A DNA stretch of 64,000 nucleotides from Planctomycetota bacterium (GCA_016792805.1 JAEUHX010000042.1:132046-196045), one strand, 5' to 3'. Positions 26,639 to 36,160 are shown, numbered from the stretch's first letter. Notes: generated from the sequence alone by a model not told the origin. A program made the numbers and translations.

Positions 26639-28581
26639 CGGAGCGCGTCTCCCAATGCCCCGGGTGCGGCGCCGAGATCCGGTTCGCGAACGCGGCGACG
26701 CTTTTTGTGGTCTGCTCGTTCTGTAAGAGTGCGTCGCGCCGAGTCGGCCTCGATCTCGAGCGGATCGGGCGCGTCTCGGACATCGTGCCGATCCGCTCCG
26801 ACGTGCGCATTGGCACGACCGGCCGATTCGAAGACGTCCCTTTTGTGGTCGTCGGTCTTCTCCAGCTTGACCACGGCGCGGGGCCTTGGAATGAGTGGTG
26901 TTTGTCTTTCGGCGACGGCCGCTGGGCGTGGCTCGCGGAAGCGCAGGGCGAGCTTCTCGTGACGCGGAGCGTCGAGTCGGCGGCACCGGCCCACGGAGCG
27001 TTGTCGCTCGGGGACCGACTGCGAATCGCCGGCGCGGGCGAATTTGTGATCTCGGAGATCGGGAAGGGCCGCGTGGTTGCGGCGCTCGGCGAGATCCCGG
27101 TCGAAGCGCTGCCGGGCCGTGAGTTCCGCTACGCCGACCTGCGCGGCGAGGGCGGCGCCTTCGCCACCTTCGACTATGGCGAGATCACGGAAGAGGAGAG
27201 CCCCGAGTGCGAGGCCGTCTATTGCGGGAGAAAAGTTGCACTCGGCGATCTCCACTTGGATGCGGGCACCGTCCCGATGGACGAGCCGGCGCGCGCGGAG
27301 TCGCGGCGCATCGAGTGCCCGAACTGCGGTGCCTCCCACGATCTTAAGAATCCCGAACGCACCCGGCGGCTTGGGTGCGCGAGCTGTGGCGCCGTGCTCG
27401 ATCCCACCGGCGACGTCGTGGCTCTTCTGGAAGTCCAGGAGCAGCTCGCCGCAAAGCCCAAGATTCCCCTGGGTGCGCGCGGAACCATCGAGCGGCGCAG
27501 CTATGAAACGATCGCGTTCCTCGAGCGCTCCGTGCGATCGGAGGGTGTGCGCTACCCATGGACGGAGTATTTGTTACTCCGCGATGACGGCGAGTACCGA
27601 TGGCTCGTCTGCTCGTCGGGGCATTGGTCGTTCGTGGAGCCGGTCAATCCCGCCGAAGTGCAGCAAAGGGCCACCGCGCTCGGCTGGCGTGGACGAACCT
27701 ATAAGCATTTTGCCGGTGGGCGCGCGCGCACCGACCTTGTGCTCGGGGAGCTCTACTGGGAGGTTCAGGTGGGCGAAGAGGTACTGACGCAAGATTTCAT
27801 TGCACCACCCGACGCCCTCTCCCTCGAGCGATCGGAGGGCGAGGTTCATTATTCGCACGGCGTCTATCTGGAGCCTTCGGCCGTGCAGAAGGCATTCGGT
27901 CTGTCACGGCCGCTGCCGGCGCCGAGCGGCGTGGGGATGCAGCAGCCCAATCCTTACACCGCCTGGAGCCGGCCGTTCGTGAAGGCCTTCGGTCTCCTCG
28001 CCGCGCTGCTCCTCGTCGTGGTCGTGCTGCTCCAGGTGAGGGCCGAGCGAAAAGTGGTCTTTGAGACGACGCGCACCTATTCGCCGCCAGCGGCTTCCGC
28101 AGTTCCGGCCGTGCCTCAGGGAGAACCCCAGGGAGAGTCGCCCAAAGAAGTGATCTTCAGCGAAGAGTTCGACCTCGCCGACGGCAACGTCGAGGCCGCG
28201 CTCTCCGCTGGGCAGCTTGTGAATCAGTGGTTCGGCGTCGATGGCGCGCTGGTGAACGTCGAGACGGGAGTCGTGCATTCTTGGTATCTCGAGGCCGACT
28301 CCTGGAGCGGCGTCGAGGGCGGCGAATCGTGGCAAGAGGGCGACAGCTCGCCTTCTGTCTATCTCGGACCGATTGAGGCAGGGCGCTATGCCCTTCGCCT
28401 CGAGCCCTCGGCGGCGGCCGGCGTGCCGGAGATTCCCTACCGAGTTCGCGTGCGCTCCGGCGTTCCTTCGGCCGGCCGGCCGCTCCTCGTGGCGCTCGGC
28501 CTGCTGCTCGGCCCCGTTGTGGCACTCCTCGCGTCGGCCTTCTTCGAATCGGCGCGCTGGTCCCAGAGCGACCACGCGTAG
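26635..28581 (+). CDS. DUF4178-type membrane protein (two zinc-ribbon/DUF4178 modules plus TM and C-terminal domain)
   Basis: GTG 26635 (GTGA overlap with speH). CPGCGAEIRF...VCSFC and CPNCGASHDL...CASCGAV zinc ribbons are each followed by a DUF4178-like beta region (WNEWCLSFGDGRWAWL and WTEYLLLRDDGEYRWLV). TM helices are FGLLAALLLVVVVLL and LLVALGLLLGPVVALLASAFF. Confidence 0.7.
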   Translation: MTERVSQCPGCGAEIRFANAATLFVVCSFCKSASRRVGLDLERIGRVSDIVPIRSDVRIGTTGRFEDVPFVVVGLLQLDHGAGPWNEWCLSFGDGRWAWLAEAQGELLVTRSVESAAPAHGALSLGDRLRIAGAGEFVISEIGKGRVVAALGEIPVEALPGREFRYADLRGEGGAFATFDYGEITEEESPECEAVYCGRKVALGDLHLDAGTVPMDEPARAESRRIECPNCGASHDLKNPERTRRLGCASCGAVLDPTGDVVALLEVQEQLAAKPKIPLGARGTIERRSYETIAFLERSVRSEGVRYPWTEYLLLRDDGEYRWLVCSSGHWSFVEPVNPAEVQQRATALGWRGRTYKHFAGGRARTDLVLGELYWEVQVGEEVLTQDFIAPPDALSLERSEGEVHYSHGVYLEPSAVQKAFGLSRPLPAPSGVGMQQPNPYTAWSRPFVKAFGLLAALLLVVVVLLQVRAERKVVFETTRTYSPPAASAVPAVPQGEPQGESPKEVIFSEEFDLADGNVEAALSAGQLVNQWFGVDGALVNVETGVVHSWYLEADSWSGVEGGESWQEGDSSPSVYLGPIEAGRYALRLEPSAAAGVPEIPYRVRVRSGVPSAGRPLLVALGLLLGPVVALLASAFFESARWSQSDHA

Positions 28582-28631
28582 CCGCATCACCCCAATTCCA
28601 TGCACACAATTCCCGCCGCTGGATCCATCCG

Positions 28632-28820
28632 ATGAAGAAGCTGCTCATTTTCTACATTGTGTTCGGAATCACGGCCATCGCCGGCTACGCGATCGCCGAT
28701 TGGAAAGGTTACGAATTCAGCTCAGCCTCCCGCGAGCGCATCGATCCGAGCGTGCGCAAGTCGCCGGGCGGCTGGCGAAGCTACTCTTTCTGGCACTCGG
28801 GCACGCGAGGAGGCAAGTAA
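28632..28820 (+). CDS. small membrane protein
   Basis: MKKLLIFYIVFGITAIAGYAIA is a TM helix. It is 62 aa and sits between DUF4178 and DUF350 with a 1-nt gap to the next start. Confidence 0.5.
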   Translation: MKKLLIFYIVFGITAIAGYAIADWKGYEFSSASRERIDPSVRKSPGGWRSYSFWHSGTRGGK

Positions 28821-28821
28821 C

Positions 28822-29040
28822 GTGAACTGGGAACATTTGCAGTCGCAGGTCATCTCCACAGTCGTTTTTGGAACGATTGGTATCATTCTTTTCGCAGTGG
28901 CGTTCAAGGTCATCGAGCGGCTGCTGCCGTTCTCGCTCCACAAGGAGATCGAGCATGACCAAAACACGGCGCTCGCGATCGTGATGGGCTCGATTCTTCT
29001 GGGCCTCGCCATCATCGTGGCCGCCGCGATCCACGGTTGA
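28822..29040 (+). CDS. DUF350 domain membrane protein (YjfL-like)
   Basis: GTG 28822 gives a 72-aa protein with two TM helices: VISTVVFGTIGIILFAVAFKVIERLLPFSLHKEIEHDQNTALAIVMGSILLGLAIIVAAAI. Confidence 0.7.
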   Translation: MNWEHLQSQVISTVVFGTIGIILFAVAFKVIERLLPFSLHKEIEHDQNTALAIVMGSILLGLAIIVAAAIHG

Positions 29041-30533
29041 AGCTCCGGCTCGTATTTTTAACAGTGTTTGTGATCGCCGCCTGTGGGCTCGGGTACGAGC
29101 TCACGGCGGGGGCGCTCGCTTCCTACCTGCTCGGGGATTCGGTCACACAATTCTCGACTGCCATCGGACTGTATCTTTCGGCGCTCGGAGTCGGAAGCTA
29201 CCTCAGCAAGCACGTCGAGCGCCGCGTCGCCGAACGGTTCATCGAGATCGAATTGGCCGTGGCGCTTCTCGGAGGCACGCTGTCGGCGGCGCTCTTCGCG
29301 GCCTTCGGCGCGGGCGAGTGGTTTCGTCCCGTTTTGTATGGAGAGATCCTGGCCGTCGGAACGCTGGTCGGGCTCGAGATTCCGCTGCTGCTGCGCATCC
29401 TGAAAGATGAGCTCGAGTTCAAAGAACTGGTCGCCCAAGTGCTCACCGTCGACTACATCGGCGCCCTCGCCGTCTCGCTCGCATTCCCGATGCTTCTCGT
29501 GCCGAAGCTCGGCCTTGTGCGCGCGGCGCTCGCGCTCGGCCTCGCGAACGCCGCCGTGGCACTCTGGAGCACTTGGATTTTCGAGACGCGCCTCGCGCGG
29601 CCGGGGCGCCTTCGTATCAAATCGGCCGTCGTCCTGGCGCTGCTCGGCCTCGGCATCGTGATGTCCGACCGCATCACGTCACTTTCCGAGGCCTCGATCT
29701 ACGCCGACGAGGTGGTCTACGCGCGCAACACCCCATACCAGAGAATTGTGGTGACGCAGAGCCGCGCGGGGTTTCAACTTTTCCTAAACGGAGCGCTCCA
29801 ATTCTCGAGCGCCGACGAGTATCGCTATCACGAGGCCCTCGTGCACCCCGCCATGGGCTCGTGCCGCGAGCCTCGGCGCGTTGCCATTTTGGGAGGAGGC
29901 GACGGGCTCGCGCTGCGGGAGGTTCTGAAGGAGCCGCGGGTCGAGAGCGTCGTGCTCGTCGACATCGATCCCGCGATGGTGGAGCTGGCGAGAACCTTTG
30001 AGCCGCTGCGGCGTCTCAATCACGCAGCATTCGACGATCCGCGCGTCCGCGTCGTCCACGACGACGCCATGCGCTGGCTCGCGACGAAGCCGGGGATCTT
30101 TGATGTGGTCCTCGCCGACTTTCCCGACCCGAGCTCCTTCCAAGTCGGGAAGCTCTACACCACCACCTGCTACGAGCGGATCCTCGCCTGTCTGGCGCCC
30201 GACGGCGTGCTCGCCGTGCAGGCCACGTCGCCCCTGATGGCGCGCCGCTCGTTTTGGTGTATTTCGGCGACGCTCGAATCGTGCGGGCTCTACGTGCGCC
30301 CTTATCACGCGCTCGTCCCGTCTTTCGGCGAGTGGGGATTCATGCTGGCGGCGCGGCAGGTCCTCGATGTCCCGCGCTCCGTGCCGGAAGGGCTGCGATA
30401 TTTGAACAAGGATATTGTGGAGTCACTATTCCATCTTCCCGAGGATCTGGCGCCCATTCCTGCAGAAATCAATCGATTGAGTAACCAAGTGCTCGTTCAC
30501 TACTACGAGCAAGAGTGGCGTCGCTGGAACTAA
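29037..30533 (+). CDS. membrane-fused polyamine aminopropyltransferase (spermidine synthase-like)
   Basis: The first ~200 aa are polytopic. The spermidine synthase domain follows: YQRIVV, ALQFSSADEYRYHEALVHP, ILGGGDGLALREVLK, VDIDPAMVELAR, DVVLADFPDP. The TTG start overlaps the preceding stop (TTGA). Confidence 0.85.
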   Translation: MKLRLVFLTVFVIAACGLGYELTAGALASYLLGDSVTQFSTAIGLYLSALGVGSYLSKHVERRVAERFIEIELAVALLGGTLSAALFAAFGAGEWFRPVLYGEILAVGTLVGLEIPLLLRILKDELEFKELVAQVLTVDYIGALAVSLAFPMLLVPKLGLVRAALALGLANAAVALWSTWIFETRLARPGRLRIKSAVVLALLGLGIVMSDRITSLSEASIYADEVVYARNTPYQRIVVTQSRAGFQLFLNGALQFSSADEYRYHEALVHPAMGSCREPRRVAILGGGDGLALREVLKEPRVESVVLVDIDPAMVELARTFEPLRRLNHAAFDDPRVRVVHDDAMRWLATKPGIFDVVLADFPDPSSFQVGKLYTTTCYERILACLAPDGVLAVQATSPLMARRSFWCISATLESCGLYVRPYHALVPSFGEWGFMLAARQVLDVPRSVPEGLRYLNKDIVESLFHLPEDLAPIPAEINRLSNQVLVHYYEQEWRRWN

Positions 30534-32167
30534 GCAACCACCGAAACGAGCACCCGACGCGCCGTGAGGTGCTCCAGGGCGCGCTCTGCCTCGGAGTTGC
30601 AGCCGGGCTCTCCGGCTGTCGTGTGCCGGGCGCGCGTCGCGCGATCCAGGGATCGATTGTTGGAGCCCATGACGTGCGCGGGCATCGCGTTCGCGCCGAC
30701 TGGCCCAACGCGCCGGTGCTGAGCCGTGAGGAGCTGGAGGTGTTGATCGTCGGCGGGGGCGTCAGTGGCCTTGCCGCCGGATGGCGGCTTCAGGGGGCCG
30801 GATTGCAGGATTTCCAGATCCTCGAGCTTGAGGACTCGCTCGGCGGAACGGCGCAGTCGGGTGCATCGGAGATCTCACAATACCCCTGGGGCGCTCACTA
30901 TCTCCCCGTGCCCCGCGCCGACCAGCATTTGGTCGTGCGGCTGCTCAGGGAAATGGGACTCGTGACGGGCGTCGACGGTTTGGGCCGGATCCTGACTCCC
31001 GAGGAGGCACGGGTGCGCGCCCCGCAAGAGCGCCTGTTTCATCGCGGCCTTTGGACCGAGGGGCTCTATCTGCGCGACGGCGCAAGCGCGTCCGACCTCG
31101 GGCAGCTCGAACGATTCGAGTTTACCGTTCGCTGCATGGCCTCCGTGGCGGGCGTCGACGGCAGACGTTCCTTTACTCTTCCAATTGCCGATTGCTCGCG
31201 CGATCCCGCTGTCCGCGGCCTCGACAGGCTCTCGATGCGGCAGTGGCTCGATATGCATGGCTTCGATTCGCCGCGCCTTCGGTGGTACGTCGAGTACGCC
31301 TGCCGAGACGATTTTGGAGCGACGCTGGAGCACACCTCCGCCTGGGCCGGGCTTCATTACTATTGCTCCCGCCTCGACGCCGAGGGCGAGCCCGCTGAGT
31401 TTCTCACCTGGCCCGAAGGGAACTCTGCCCTTGCACAGGCGCTCGCGAGAGGCTTCGAGAATCGCGTGCGCACCGGCATGGTGGTGTTGTCGATTGAAGG
31501 CGATGGCGACTCGGCTCGCGTGGTCGCTATGGACGAGCGAGCCGGAGGGCTGCGCGAGGTGCGAGCGCGCCGTGTGATTTGTGCGATTCCGAGATATGTT
31601 GCTTCGCGTATCGTGCGCGGCGCCGATCCGCGTCCGGCAGCCGCGTTCCGGTACTCGCCTTGGTGCGTTGCGAACATTACGCTTCGCGGCCAGCCGCGCG
31701 AGACAGGATTCCCGCTGTGCTGGGACAACGTGCTCTTCGAGAGCAGCTCGCTTGGATATGTGGTTTCGACGCACCAGCTCGACCGGCTCGAAGGCGGATC
31801 GGTCTGGACTTGGTACCGGCCCCATGCCGAGGAGGATCCCGCCGTGGCGCGTGCCGCACTCCTGGCGCGTCCGTGGGAGGCGCACCGCGACGAGGTGCTT
31901 CGAGATCTCGGGCGCGCCCACCCCGGCTTCGCCGACGAGGTGGATCGGATCGATGTGTGGCGTTGGGGCCATGGCATGGTGCGGCCTGAGCCGGGATTCC
32001 TCTTCGGCCGGGCGCGCCAGCTCGCGGCAAGACCCTACAAAAATATCCACTTCGCCTCGGCCGACCTCTCCGGAATCCCCATTTTTGAAGAGGCGCAGTG
32101 GCAGGGCGCTCGGGCCGCCGAGGAGGTGCTGGCCGCACGCGGCCAAACGTTCACGTCTTGGCTTTGA
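30515..32167 (+). CDS. FAD-dependent oxidoreductase (flavin amine oxidase-like), Tat/lipoprotein signal
   Basis: TRREVLQGALCLGVAAGLSGC combines a twin-arginine motif with a lipobox. The dinucleotide-binding motif is VLIVGGGVSGLAAGWRL...ILELEDSLGG. The GTG start overlaps the upstream gene by 19 nt. Confidence 0.8.
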   Translation: MASLELSNHRNEHPTRREVLQGALCLGVAAGLSGCRVPGARRAIQGSIVGAHDVRGHRVRADWPNAPVLSREELEVLIVGGGVSGLAAGWRLQGAGLQDFQILELEDSLGGTAQSGASEISQYPWGAHYLPVPRADQHLVVRLLREMGLVTGVDGLGRILTPEEARVRAPQERLFHRGLWTEGLYLRDGASASDLGQLERFEFTVRCMASVAGVDGRRSFTLPIADCSRDPAVRGLDRLSMRQWLDMHGFDSPRLRWYVEYACRDDFGATLEHTSAWAGLHYYCSRLDAEGEPAEFLTWPEGNSALAQALARGFENRVRTGMVVLSIEGDGDSARVVAMDERAGGLREVRARRVICAIPRYVASRIVRGADPRPAAAFRYSPWCVANITLRGQPRETGFPLCWDNVLFESSSLGYVVSTHQLDRLEGGSVWTWYRPHAEEDPAVARAALLARPWEAHRDEVLRDLGRAHPGFADEVDRIDVWRWGHGMVRPEPGFLFGRARQLAARPYKNIHFASADLSGIPIFEEAQWQGARAAEEVLAARGQTFTSWL

Positions 32168-32179
32168 GTTGGCAGCGTT

Positions 32180-32941
32180 CTATCGCCTCAGGCCCGCCGG
32201 CCCGACCGCCTTCTCATAGACGTCGGCGGTGTCGGCGGGGTCAGGGCGGTCGAGAACGCTCTCGGCGGCGTGCGCAAAGAGGATCTCGCCGCCGCCGGAG
32301 ATCACAAACGTCGCGGGCCGTGCCGTGTCTCCGCCGCCCGGCTGCGCGCCGGGATGCAACAGATCGAAGGCGCGGATCACGCGCCGGTCGGCATCGGAGA
32401 AGAGTGCAATCGCCGGTCCGAGCTGCTCTCCGAAGGCCTTCAGATCCTCGGGGGCGTCCGGCGCGATGGCGAGGACCGCGGGTGCCGCAATGCCGCGGCC
32501 GGCCAGCTCGTCTCCAAGACCTTGGAGCTCCGCGCGGCAGATCATTCACCAAACCCCGCGGAAGAAGACTACAATTTTGGGTCTTCCGCCCAGAGCTTCG
32601 GCAAGTGTAAGCTTCTTGCCCGATGAACTCACCACCGCCAGCTCAAGAGGCGCCTGCGCCCCCGTTGGCGGAACACCCGGACTGTGGGGGACTCGGGCAA
32701 GGACCGTCGTGCCCAACAGGAAGAAAACCGCCGCGAACCCGAGCAAAGCTGCCGCCAGAAAGCTCCCGAGCTTGCGCCGTTGGAGCGCGTGAAGGAGAGC
32801 GATTGCGGCGCCTGCCACAGAAAATACCGCAAATAGCAGCGGCATCGACCGAGCCGTCGGATGACTGAGCATCGCGATATACAAGCCCGGCGCGCCGAAG
32901 ACGAGCGCCGCAGCCGGGACCAGCCAGAGAGGAGATTTCAT
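32180..32941 (-). CDS. candidate selenoprotein: membrane-anchored AhpC/TSA (redoxin) thioredoxin-fold protein with UxxC
   Basis: Track ORFs 32546..32941 and 32180..32545 are in the same frame, separated only by TGA (32546-32548). Read through, the sequence is ...KIVVFFRGVW-U-MICRAEL..., which puts the TGA at the first Cys of the family motif F(F/Y)RGxWCPxCxxEL. Three N-terminal TM helices are present, and a SECIS-like hairpin lies downstream. Confidence 0.65.
32492..32538 (-). promoter_or_regulatory. putative bacterial SECIS element
   Basis: The mRNA from +21 after the UGA reads CUCCA-AGGUCU-UGGAG (plus-strand 32512-32527). The apical loop AGGUCU is identical to the E. coli fdhF SECIS loop as I recall it. 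Flanking GC-rich segments (GCCGCG...CGCGGC) could form a lower stem. Confidence 0.55.
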
Positions 32942-32971
32942 GGAGAGATCCAGGGTCGAGCGGGGGACCTG

Positions 32972-33232
32972 CTACAGGCCGTAGGTCCGGCCCAGAGTGA
33001 AGACAACCACCGATGCGACCGCCGCGACGACCGCTCCGGCGTAGAACCCGGGCTTGTGAGTTTTGTGGCGAAAGAGAAACATTCCGGCCCAGAGTCCGGG
33101 AGCGCCACCGAAGAAGGCGGCGATCAGAAGCGCCCTCTCTGAGATCCGCGAGCGTCCGGTCGCGGCGAGCGCTTTGTCGATCCCCATCGCGAGAAAGACA
33201 GCGACGTTCCAGAGGAGGAGAAGCCGAATCAC
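32972..33232 (-). CDS. DUF1294 domain membrane protein
   Basis: Only the C-terminal 87 codons of track ORF 32972..33850 look real: (V)IRLLLLWNVAVFLAMGIDKALAATGRSRISERALLIAAFFGGAPGLWAGMFLFRHKTHKPGFY. Proposed start is GTG 33232. The rest of that ORF is antisense to trkA. Confidence 0.6.
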   Translation of the reverse strand: MIRLLLLWNVAVFLAMGIDKALAATGRSRISERALLIAAFFGGAPGLWAGMFLFRHKTHKPGFYAGAVVAAVASVVVFTLGRTYGL

Positions 33233-33313
33233 GGGCGGGAGGTCAGCATAGCTAGAAGGGGAACGCTCGGCTCCAGCGCTCGCGCTCGGCGGGGCGCCGC
33301 CGATACTGGGCCC

Positions 33314-33982
33314 ATGAAAGTCGCAGTGATCGGTCTCGGCCAGTTCGGCCGGGCGCTCGTCACGGAGCTCGCCCGCGCGGGGGCCGAGGTCTTCGCCGTC
33401 GATCGAATTCTCGAGGCCGTGGATGACGTGAAGGATGAGGCTGCGGTGGCCGTTCGCCTCGACGGCGCCGACGAGAAGGATCTGCGCGCCCAAGGGGTCC
33501 ACAAGGTGGATGTTCTCGTCGCAGCCATGGGGGAGTCGTTCGAAGCGACCGCGCTCACGGTTCTCACCGCCAAGCGCCTCGAGGTTCCGAAGGTGATCGC
33601 CCGCGCCGATAACAGCGACCACGCCCGCATCCTCACGGCCATCGGGGCCGACGTCGTCGTAGTTCCGCTGCGCGATGCTGCAGCCGACCTCGCCCAGCGC
33701 ATCCTGACCCCCGGCGCCAAGAACTCCTTCGAGCTGGCCGAAGGAGTGAGCGTCGTCGAGGTGGAGGCCCCCAAGCGCTTCCACCATGTGAAGGTCAAAG
33801 ATCTCGACCTCGCTAAGCGCCACCGCGTGAATCTCGTGGCCATTCGCCATCGCGGAGCCGCAGGAGGTCCCGAAGTCGTGAATCCGGTGCCACTGCCCGA
33901 CGAGAAGGTGTTGCCCGGCGACGTGCTGGTATTAGTGGGCTTCGACGCCGATGCCGAAGCGTTCGCGCGAAACGCCAGCTAG
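33314..33982 (+). CDS. trkA: Trk/Ktr potassium uptake system NAD-binding subunit
   Basis: MKVAVIGLGQFGRALVTELARAGAEVFAVD is a Rossmann GxGxxG motif, followed by a TrkA-C domain. Its stop shares the palindrome CTAG (33979-33982) with the trkH stop. Confidence 0.88.
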   Translation: MKVAVIGLGQFGRALVTELARAGAEVFAVDRILEAVDDVKDEAAVAVRLDGADEKDLRAQGVHKVDVLVAAMGESFEATALTVLTAKRLEVPKVIARADNSDHARILTAIGADVVVVPLRDAAADLAQRILTPGAKNSFELAEGVSVVEVEAPKRFHHVKVKDLDLAKRHRVNLVAIRHRGAAGGPEVVNPVPLPDEKVLPGDVLVLVGFDADAEAFARNAS

Positions 33983-35826
33983 CCGATCGAGACGGTTTCC
34001 TCGGGGTATTCGAAGCTTGCCGCCCTGGGTTTGCCCGAGAGCACTGCGGCGAGCGTGATGGGGCCGACGCGCCCCAGGAACATGGCCGCGCACAGAACCA
34101 GCTTGCCTCCGATGGAGAGGTTCGGCGTGATGCCATAGGAGAGGCCGACGGTGCTGAGCGCGGAGACCGCCTCAAACAGAACGTGCCGCACCGGCACCTG
34201 CGGATCGGTGAGGAGCAGCGCGAGGGTTGTCACAAAAACGCAACCTGCGTAGACCGTTGCGACGGCGACGGCGGCGGTCACCGTCGTGAAAGGAAGCCGG
34301 CGGCGACCGATCTCCACGCTTTCGCGACCGCGCAGGATGGCGAGCACCGACGCCAGGAGGAGCGCGAAGGTCACCGTCTTGATTCCGCCGGCCGTCGACC
34401 CCGGGCAACCGCCGATCGCCATCAGCGCAATCATGATCCAGCAGCTCGAGTCGTGGAACGCCTCGATCGGGACCACGGTGAATCCTGCCGTCCGCGGCGT
34501 GATGGAATGGAAGAGTGAGATCGTCGCCTGGCTCGACAGGGAGTAGCCGCGCAGGGCACCGCGCCCCTCAATGAGAAAGATTGCGAAAGCGCCCACGAGG
34601 ATGAGCGTGAGCGTCAGCGCGATTGCGAGCCGTGCCTGGAGTGTCAGCCGCGGCAGAGGCGGCGGCAATCCGCGGGCTTGGGTCACTCGGTGGAGCATCC
34701 GTACGAGCGTCGCTCGCAGGTAGCGCCCGCAGTCGACCAGCGTCGTGAATCCAAGCCCGCCCGCGACGATGAGCCCACCCATGACCGCCAGGTGAAGCGG
34801 CTGCGTATCGAAGGCCCCGAGGCTTGAGATCTCGAGGCCGAAGCCGGCATTACAGAAGGCATTCACCGCATGGAAAAGTGAGAACCATCCCGGGCTCCAA
34901 GGGCCGGGAGGCACCGGTGTGATGGCATACAACAGTGCGGCGCCGATGAGTTCGATCGTGAGAGTGACCGCGATGACGGAGTAGAGGATGGCGCGCGTTT
35001 CGCCGAGCCACCGTCCGCTCACGATCTCCCGCGCCGCGACGAGCTGCCGGAGGTTCAGCCCGCCGCGGCCGAAGGAGGTGAGCAGCAGGGCAAAGGTGAT
35101 AATTCCGACGCCGCCGATCTGTACGAGTCCGAGCAGCACCGCCTGACCGAATTGTGAGAGATCCTGTCCGACGTTGACCGTGGCGAGCCCCGTGACGCAG
35201 ACAGCGCTCGTCGCCTGAAATGTGGCATCGACGAATCCGATCGGGCGCGCTCCGCCGCGCGAAGCCGGCAGCATGAGCGCGAGCGCACCGAGGAGCACGA
35301 GGCCGCCGAAGGAGCCGAGGACCAGGGTGGGCACGCGCATGCCGAGCGCGCCGAGATCGGCCAGGCGGCGCGCCACCCTGGCGGCCGCTCCGATGCCGAG
35401 GGCGATGTCGCTCAGCGTCGCGGCGGCGGAAGCGAAAGCCCCGTCGCCGACGGTCGCGACGGCGACCAAGGCGAAGCCGGTCAGGCCATAGGTGGCAAAC
35501 TCGAGCAGCCTCGGGCGCACAAATGCCGTTCGGTCAGCCGCAAGCCATAGCCGAAGTAACAGATCAAACGCGAAGGCCCCAAGCCCGGCTTCGACGGCCG
35601 AGGCGAGGAGCGCCGCTTCCATCGGTTCATGTTCGAATCCCACATGGAATCCGAGCGCGAGGGCGCCCGACCAACCGAGGACGCGCAGCCCGAGCGCGAG
35701 CCAGCGCAGGCGCGCAGCGCCCTTCGAGCCGGGATCGGATCGCAGATCCGGGGGGGTAGCCCGCATGGAGGGTGGCGCACCATACCGTGACCCCCGGAGG
35801 AGGCTGTGGGCGTCGCTGCGACCCAT
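33979..35826 (-). CDS. trkH: TrkH/KtrB family potassium transporter
   Basis: Polytopic protein with the family's repeated pore-loop pattern (SAVCVTGLATV, NAFCNAGFGL, SITPRTAGFTV, SALSTVGLSYG). The start is uncertain: GTG 35835, ATG 35826 or ATG 35766. Confidence 0.85.
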   Translation of the reverse strand: MGRSDAHSLLRGSRYGAPPSMRATPPDLRSDPGSKGAARLRWLALGLRVLGWSGALALGFHVGFEHEPMEAALLASAVEAGLGAFAFDLLLRLWLAADRTAFVRPRLLEFATYGLTGFALVAVATVGDGAFASAAATLSDIALGIGAAARVARRLADLGALGMRVPTLVLGSFGGLVLLGALALMLPASRGGARPIGFVDATFQATSAVCVTGLATVNVGQDLSQFGQAVLLGLVQIGGVGIITFALLLTSFGRGGLNLRQLVAAREIVSGRWLGETRAILYSVIAVTLTIELIGAALLYAITPVPPGPWSPGWFSLFHAVNAFCNAGFGLEISSLGAFDTQPLHLAVMGGLIVAGGLGFTTLVDCGRYLRATLVRMLHRVTQARGLPPPLPRLTLQARLAIALTLTLILVGAFAIFLIEGRGALRGYSLSSQATISLFHSITPRTAGFTVVPIEAFHDSSCWIMIALMAIGGCPGSTAGGIKTVTFALLLASVLAILRGRESVEIGRRRLPFTTVTAAVAVATVYAGCVFVTTLALLLTDPQVPVRHVLFEAVSALSTVGLSYGITPNLSIGGKLVLCAAMFLGRVGPITLAAVLSGKPRAASFEYPEETVSIG

Positions 35827-36160
35827 GGGCGGCACCCTGCCTGGGGCGGGGCCCGCGACCTTCCACGACCGAGGTGGAGCCGACCGAGAGGGTCAGCATT
35901 CCAACGGCGCACTCCCCGGTGCCGGCTGTTTCGATGAGTGAAGTTTACTCATCGCGGAGGGGTGGCGGATCGCGCGAGCCATCGCGCCGCGGAAAAAAGT
36001 CTTCCAACAGCCTCTCCGCCCGGCGAGTACCTGGGTGTTGCGCTCGCGCCGTCGCGAGCGCGTTTCGATCTGGCCCAAGCTCCGGGGGCGCAATCCGCGC
36101 GGCGCATCGGGCGGCGAATGCCGCGCGATTCCGCGCGGGCCGCTCTCGATCGGAGGACAC

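Noticed and set aside
25340-26986. 548-aa minus-strand ORF
   Set aside because: It is extremely Arg-rich. It runs antisense to the TBDR remnant, the AdoMetDC gene and the start of the DUF4178 gene, all of which have real motifs.
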